Assembly (NCBI GenBank): GCA_017513085.1 | Contig: JAFWDK010000019.1 | Coordinates: forward strand, 192,001 to 256,000 | Length of the DNA: 64,000 bases | Direction: 5' to 3' | Origin: Clostridiales bacterium | GTDB lineage: Bacteria > Bacillota > Clostridia > Saccharofermentanales > Saccharofermentanaceae | In this document: piece by piece, positions 60,532 to 64,000 of the stretch | Layout of the letters: each line of letters begins with the position of its first letter | Position numbering within the stretch: the stretch's first letter is position 1 | The notes under the pieces: model-generated | Database searches by the model: none | The model's input: the letters and a program-made list of their open reading frames with translations, nothing else | Told to the model about the DNA's origin: nothing | Program-made: the position numbers and the translations under genes

Positions 60532-61239
60532 TCAGATTGCATTCCAGATAAATAGGAAGGCAAAAACGCACCCCCATGAGTTCTTCGTGTTTTTCCGCAC
60601 CATCAGCATACCATATAACGCAATGAATGTAGTAACCAGATCCAGTATTCCCAATGCATCAAAGTGGATGGGGTGAAACAGTATTCCCACAATGGCCGCA
60701 ACGAGAGCCCCTATGTCGAAGATCTTGCTCTCTCTCGGGTATCTTTGAGAAACATACTCCGCGATCACTGCATAATTGAAACCTTCGAAAAATCCCCATA
60801 CAATAGCCACAACCAGTGTTCCGACGATCGTCGCCGGAATACCGGCCTTATGCAGGTCCGGTGTCACCATGATGCTGAGTGGTGCATATCCTGTAAACTG
60901 GCCAGACAAAACAACAAACGCGATATGCGGCACGAAACACAGGACAGCTCCCGCTACAGCTTTCAAGGCATTCTTCTTTTTCAGTCCGAAACTGAGAAAT
61001 GAAGTTTTGCGGAAAATGCAGACAACCGTGACGCCCAATCCCGCGATCCCGAATTCCATCGCGCTAGCTGCGAGCAGCCTTGGCCACACAGAGATGCTAC
61101 TGTCTTTACAAAAAGCATTCAGCTGCTTGCCGATCACTCCATAGATGCAAAACACCGCCATAGAGATCAGTGCAATGATCCACAGATTCACTTCCAGTTT
61201 CTTTTGCTGAGGTGTCAATTCTTTCTTGTTCGTTTTCAT
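60532..61239 (-). CDS. Polytopic membrane protein, possibly CPBP/Abi-like
   Basis: About 7 TM helices with WGFFEGFNY, LFHP and NSWGC...WN, reminiscent of CPBP motifs. Confidence 0.6.
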   Translation of the reverse strand: MKTNKKELTPQQKKLEVNLWIIALISMAVFCIYGVIGKQLNAFCKDSSISVWPRLLAASAMEFGIAGLGVTVVCIFRKTSFLSFGLKKKNALKAVAGAVLCFVPHIAFVVLSGQFTGYAPLSIMVTPDLHKAGIPATIVGTLVVAIVWGFFEGFNYAVIAEYVSQRYPRESKIFDIGALVAAIVGILFHPIHFDALGILDLVTTFIALYGMLMVRKNTKNSWGCVFAFLFIWNAI

Positions 61240-61313
61240 GTTGGTAATACTTCCTTCGTTCTTGATAGTATTACCATAGCAACATTCAGAAGCCCACATA
61301 TGAAAATCCGCAC

Positions 61314-61343
61314 AAGTTACACTCTCAGATGTCTATGTTGCAC
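61314..61343 (-). promoter_or_regulatory. LytTR-type direct repeat (9-12-9)
   Basis: Minus strand GTGCAACAT-12nt-GTGTAACTT, upstream of the extended -10 TGcTATGGT (61281 to 61273). Confidence 0.6.
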
Positions 61344-61361
61344 TTTCGAACAGAAAGCAAA

Positions 61362-62186
61362 TCAATCCTGGTACTGTCTTTTGAACTCTTCACTGAGCTC
61401 GCTATGCAGCATGGTGAAGAGATCTGAGTACCGCAGCGTGGTTCCGCCTTCGTAGCGGACCGCCTTGACATACAAGGTCAGCGGGATCTCGTTTTCCTCC
61501 CACGAGATGCATTCATCGTTATGGCCGAGGATCTCTTCGCAGAGTTTCTTCGCATACGCCTCATCGGATGAGTCTGTAAGGATCACGAACTCATCGCCGC
61601 CGATCCGGAAAACGATATCCTCCGGTCCTGCCGCCTGCTCCATGCGTTTCATCGCGGTAATGATCGCCAGGTCCCCGGCTTTACGGGAAATCTCATTGAT
61701 CGGGATCAGTCTCTTGATGTCTCCGAGAATCAGGAAACATCCTTTTCTTTCCTTAATACAATCATAAAGCTCGCTAATATCTACCTTTTTTCTGTCTGTC
61801 ATACTTTCATCCTCCAATAGTTCCCGTTCGATACGATAGCCGGGAAACAGTTCAAATTCGGAGGGATTTTTTCGAAATTCCGAAGGCGATACTTGCCAGA
61901 CGCTCTGAAAAGCTCTGGTAAAAGCTTCGTTGCTGCCATATCCGTATTCTATGCCGATGTCCAGCAAAGATCGATCCGGATCCCTGGCAATCTCTTCGGA
62001 CGCCTTGCTCATACGCCTGCGGATGATATAATCCCTGATACTGATGTTGTTCACGTACTTGAAAAGCTTTTCTATAGTGGACTTTGAGCAGTGCAGATGT
62101 TCAGCGATAGACTCTGTCCTGATCGGTGACGCAAGATGATTCTCGATATATTCCAACGCCTCGATCAGAAGCCCGATATTCTCCAT
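61362..62186 (-). CDS. AraC-type HTH regulator fused to a GGDEF domain
   Basis: N-terminal ALEYIENHL...YIIRRRM...YGYGSNEAFTRAF...SPSEFR; C-terminal VFRIGGDEFVIL. Confidence 0.85.
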   Translation of the reverse strand: MENIGLLIEALEYIENHLASPIRTESIAEHLHCSKSTIEKLFKYVNNISIRDYIIRRRMSKASEEIARDPDRSLLDIGIEYGYGSNEAFTRAFQSVWQVSPSEFRKNPSEFELFPGYRIERELLEDESMTDRKKVDISELYDCIKERKGCFLILGDIKRLIPINEISRKAGDLAIITAMKRMEQAAGPEDIVFRIGGDEFVILTDSSDEAYAKKLCEEILGHNDECISWEENEIPLTLYVKAVRYEGGTTLRYSDLFTMLHSELSEEFKRQYQD

Positions 62187-62298
62187 GCCCATCATCCTTT
62201 CTATAACGATATCGTACTTTAATTATATAGAGGCATCAGAGATCGTTCTTGATAAAATGAGTAAAGATCCGTGCAAACTTACAATATGTGGCAGTCCT

Positions 62299-62955
62299 TC
62301 AGATCAGCTGCTGCTCATTGATGATCAATTTGAACTGAAGTCCCAGCGTCTCCGCTGCTTTACGGCACAGCACCATTCGCTGCAAAAAGATCTCGAAATA
62401 GTCCATTACGGAGCTATAGTGTGTATCGACCGCGAGTTTCAGCTTGATGATCGTATGCGCCTCGTTGATCTTCAGTTCGGACTTGGTGACCGAATAGTTG
62501 ACGCGGTCATGAATATCGAAGGAGGTCTTGTCCTCATTACGGACACGGTTGCGCCGCACATCGCTCTTATCCGCGAGGATCAGAGCTGCGGCAAGAGAGC
62601 TTACGGGAACGCCCGTTCCTTCATCGTGATTTCCGATCGCCGTGACGATCATGCCGATCTCCTCCGGCGGAAATCCCATCTCGTTCAAGAGCCGAAAAGC
62701 AATCAGCGCGCCCGACTGACTGTGATCCACCCGGTTCACCAGATTACCGATGTCATGGAGATACCCTGCAATTTTGACCAGCTCCACGGTTCTCTTAGGA
62801 TATCCCAACGTCTCCAGAATATAGCCGGCCGTCTCCGCCACGAGCGTAACGTGTGCAAACCCATGCTCGGTATAACCGAGCGCATCCAGTGACTCATTGG
62901 CTTGCTTGATATATATTTTGATCACTTCGTTATTCTTAATCTCTTCGTAAGTCAT
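62299..62955 (-). CDS. HD-domain phosphohydrolase
   Basis: TEHGFAH, LHDIGN, HSQSGA, NHDE and LADKSD. Confidence 0.88.
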   Translation of the reverse strand: MTYEEIKNNEVIKIYIKQANESLDALGYTEHGFAHVTLVAETAGYILETLGYPKRTVELVKIAGYLHDIGNLVNRVDHSQSGALIAFRLLNEMGFPPEEIGMIVTAIGNHDEGTGVPVSSLAAALILADKSDVRRNRVRNEDKTSFDIHDRVNYSVTKSELKINEAHTIIKLKLAVDTHYSSVMDYFEIFLQRMVLCRKAAETLGLQFKLIINEQQLI

Positions 62956-63131
62956 ATTATTGTCCTATGTATTGAAATTCTCTTTCTCATCTTCTAAACA
63001 TGCATCCATTATAACATGCCGAAAAAAGCTCGCCGCAAAGCACTGAAATTTCGGCACTCTACCAACAGTCGGTTGCTGATTCAAGCCAAATCTGATAGGT
63101 TTAGACTAGAAAAATATCAGGGAGGCACCTT

Positions 63132-64000
63132 ATGGGTTACCGGAAGTTCTTAAGTTTTTTGATCTCGATCGTAATGACTGTTTCTATCTTCTTTTCTGCA
63201 TCTTTGGCGGCTGCCGATGAGAACGGAAAAACCTATTCCCTTCCCGAGGGACTTACGATCACTCTTCCTAAAGAATTCGAAGACGTGGTCTGGGTCGGCA
63301 TGGATGAGACCGATCCCTATGCAGATTATATCAAGGAATTCTATGAGTCCGAAGGAATGACACTGTCGGGCTACGCCGATTCGGTAGGCAAGGACGATGG
63401 GCAGCTTTTCCAAGTTAAGACTCATGTGAAAGAGGCACCTTCCGACGTCAGCGAAGCCACTTTTCTCGATAATGTTGCCGTAAACGAAGCGGATAAAGAA
63501 TATCTGGAAAGTGTTCAGATCCTCGAAAAAGGTTTTGTCCGATTCGGTGACATCGAGTTTTACAAGACTTATAGTGAGATCGCAACCAACTTTGAATTCG
63601 AAAACCATCACAGCAGATACACGATAAGATCATACAAGAATTCGTTTGTTACCGAATCAGGAAAGCTTCACGAAATCGAAATATCCATCTTAAGTGATCC
63701 GGAGAAGCTTGATGACGCAATTCCGTTTACTGATGAAGATCTTAAACATCTGGATGAACTTGAAGCCGACATCATCGGTTCCCTTAAGTATGACGGAAAG
63801 ACCGTGAATATCAGTGGCGCTTCGTCAGATACAGACACTATATCCAGAGAAGATGGCAAAACCTATGACCTTCCTGAAGGTCTTACGCTCACCCTGCCGA
63901 AAGAATTCGAAGAAGTTCTCTGGGTCGGCATGCAGGATGAAGATACGGAATTAACCCGGCAAGTCGGCGCAGATAAGATTATCCAGCAGCTTGAAGAATT
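63132..64000 (+). CDS. Secreted/membrane hypothetical protein with an internal domain repeat (3' end outside the window)
   Basis: GGAGG RBS and ATG 63132; MGYRKFLSFLISIVMTVSIFFSASLAAA signal peptide; frame open to the window end; absent from the ORF track because it has no stop. Confidence 0.75.
   Translation, partial: MGYRKFLSFLISIVMTVSIFFSASLAAADENGKTYSLPEGLTITLPKEFEDVVWVGMDETDPYADYIKEFYESEGMTLSGYADSVGKDDGQLFQVKTHVKEAPSDVSEATFLDNVAVNEADKEYLESVQILEKGFVRFGDIEFYKTYSEIATNFEFENHHSRYTIRSYKNSFVTESGKLHEIEISILSDPEKLDDAIPFTDEDLKHLDELEADIIGSLKYDGKTVNISGASSDTDTISREDGKTYDLPEGLTLTLPKEFEEVLWVGMQDEDTELTRQVGADKIIQQLEE

Noticed and set aside
61257-62254. Shared 12-mer TCGTTCTTGATA at 61257 and 62243
   Set aside because: The copies sit at different positions relative to the predicted promoters; with only two copies it cannot be distinguished from chance.

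Overview
This is a 64-kb chromosomal window from an anaerobic Firmicute (Clostridia-type gene content, GGAGG Shine-Dalgarno sites, sigma-A promoters); most genes are on the minus strand. The left third is core genome: truncated tadA, addA-addB, a lipid cluster (acyl-adenylate ligase, plsC-like acyltransferase, DAG-kinase-like protein, ACP, FabT-like MarR) interrupted by an LRR/Ig surface protein, a radical-SAM pair, pgi, and a two-component system with an ABC exporter. The rest is accessory: an M1 peptidase operon, large solute-binding lipoproteins, an MntP-ZIP fusion, LarE, zinc-ribbon proteins, TcdA, a c-di-GMP phosphorelay set, a TetR-AKR-flavodoxin-DUF4405 cassette, a lone MutS-like ATPase, a LytTR system and an AraC-GGDEF fusion. 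I found no rRNA, tRNA, cas genes or intact transposase. The most striking observations are: (1) a rolling-circle Rep (HUH)-derived protein with all catalytic residues replaced and a C-terminal membrane anchor (40563-41240); (2) a 7-unit, 63-bp-period palindromic array (50880-51300); (3) a ~220-nt candidate sRNA with three anti-SD CCCCUCC motifs and its own terminator, sharing an operator with the downstream gene (31349-31572); (4) the MntP-ZIP and AraC-GGDEF fusions. All family assignments come from motif recognition by eye; no searches were run.
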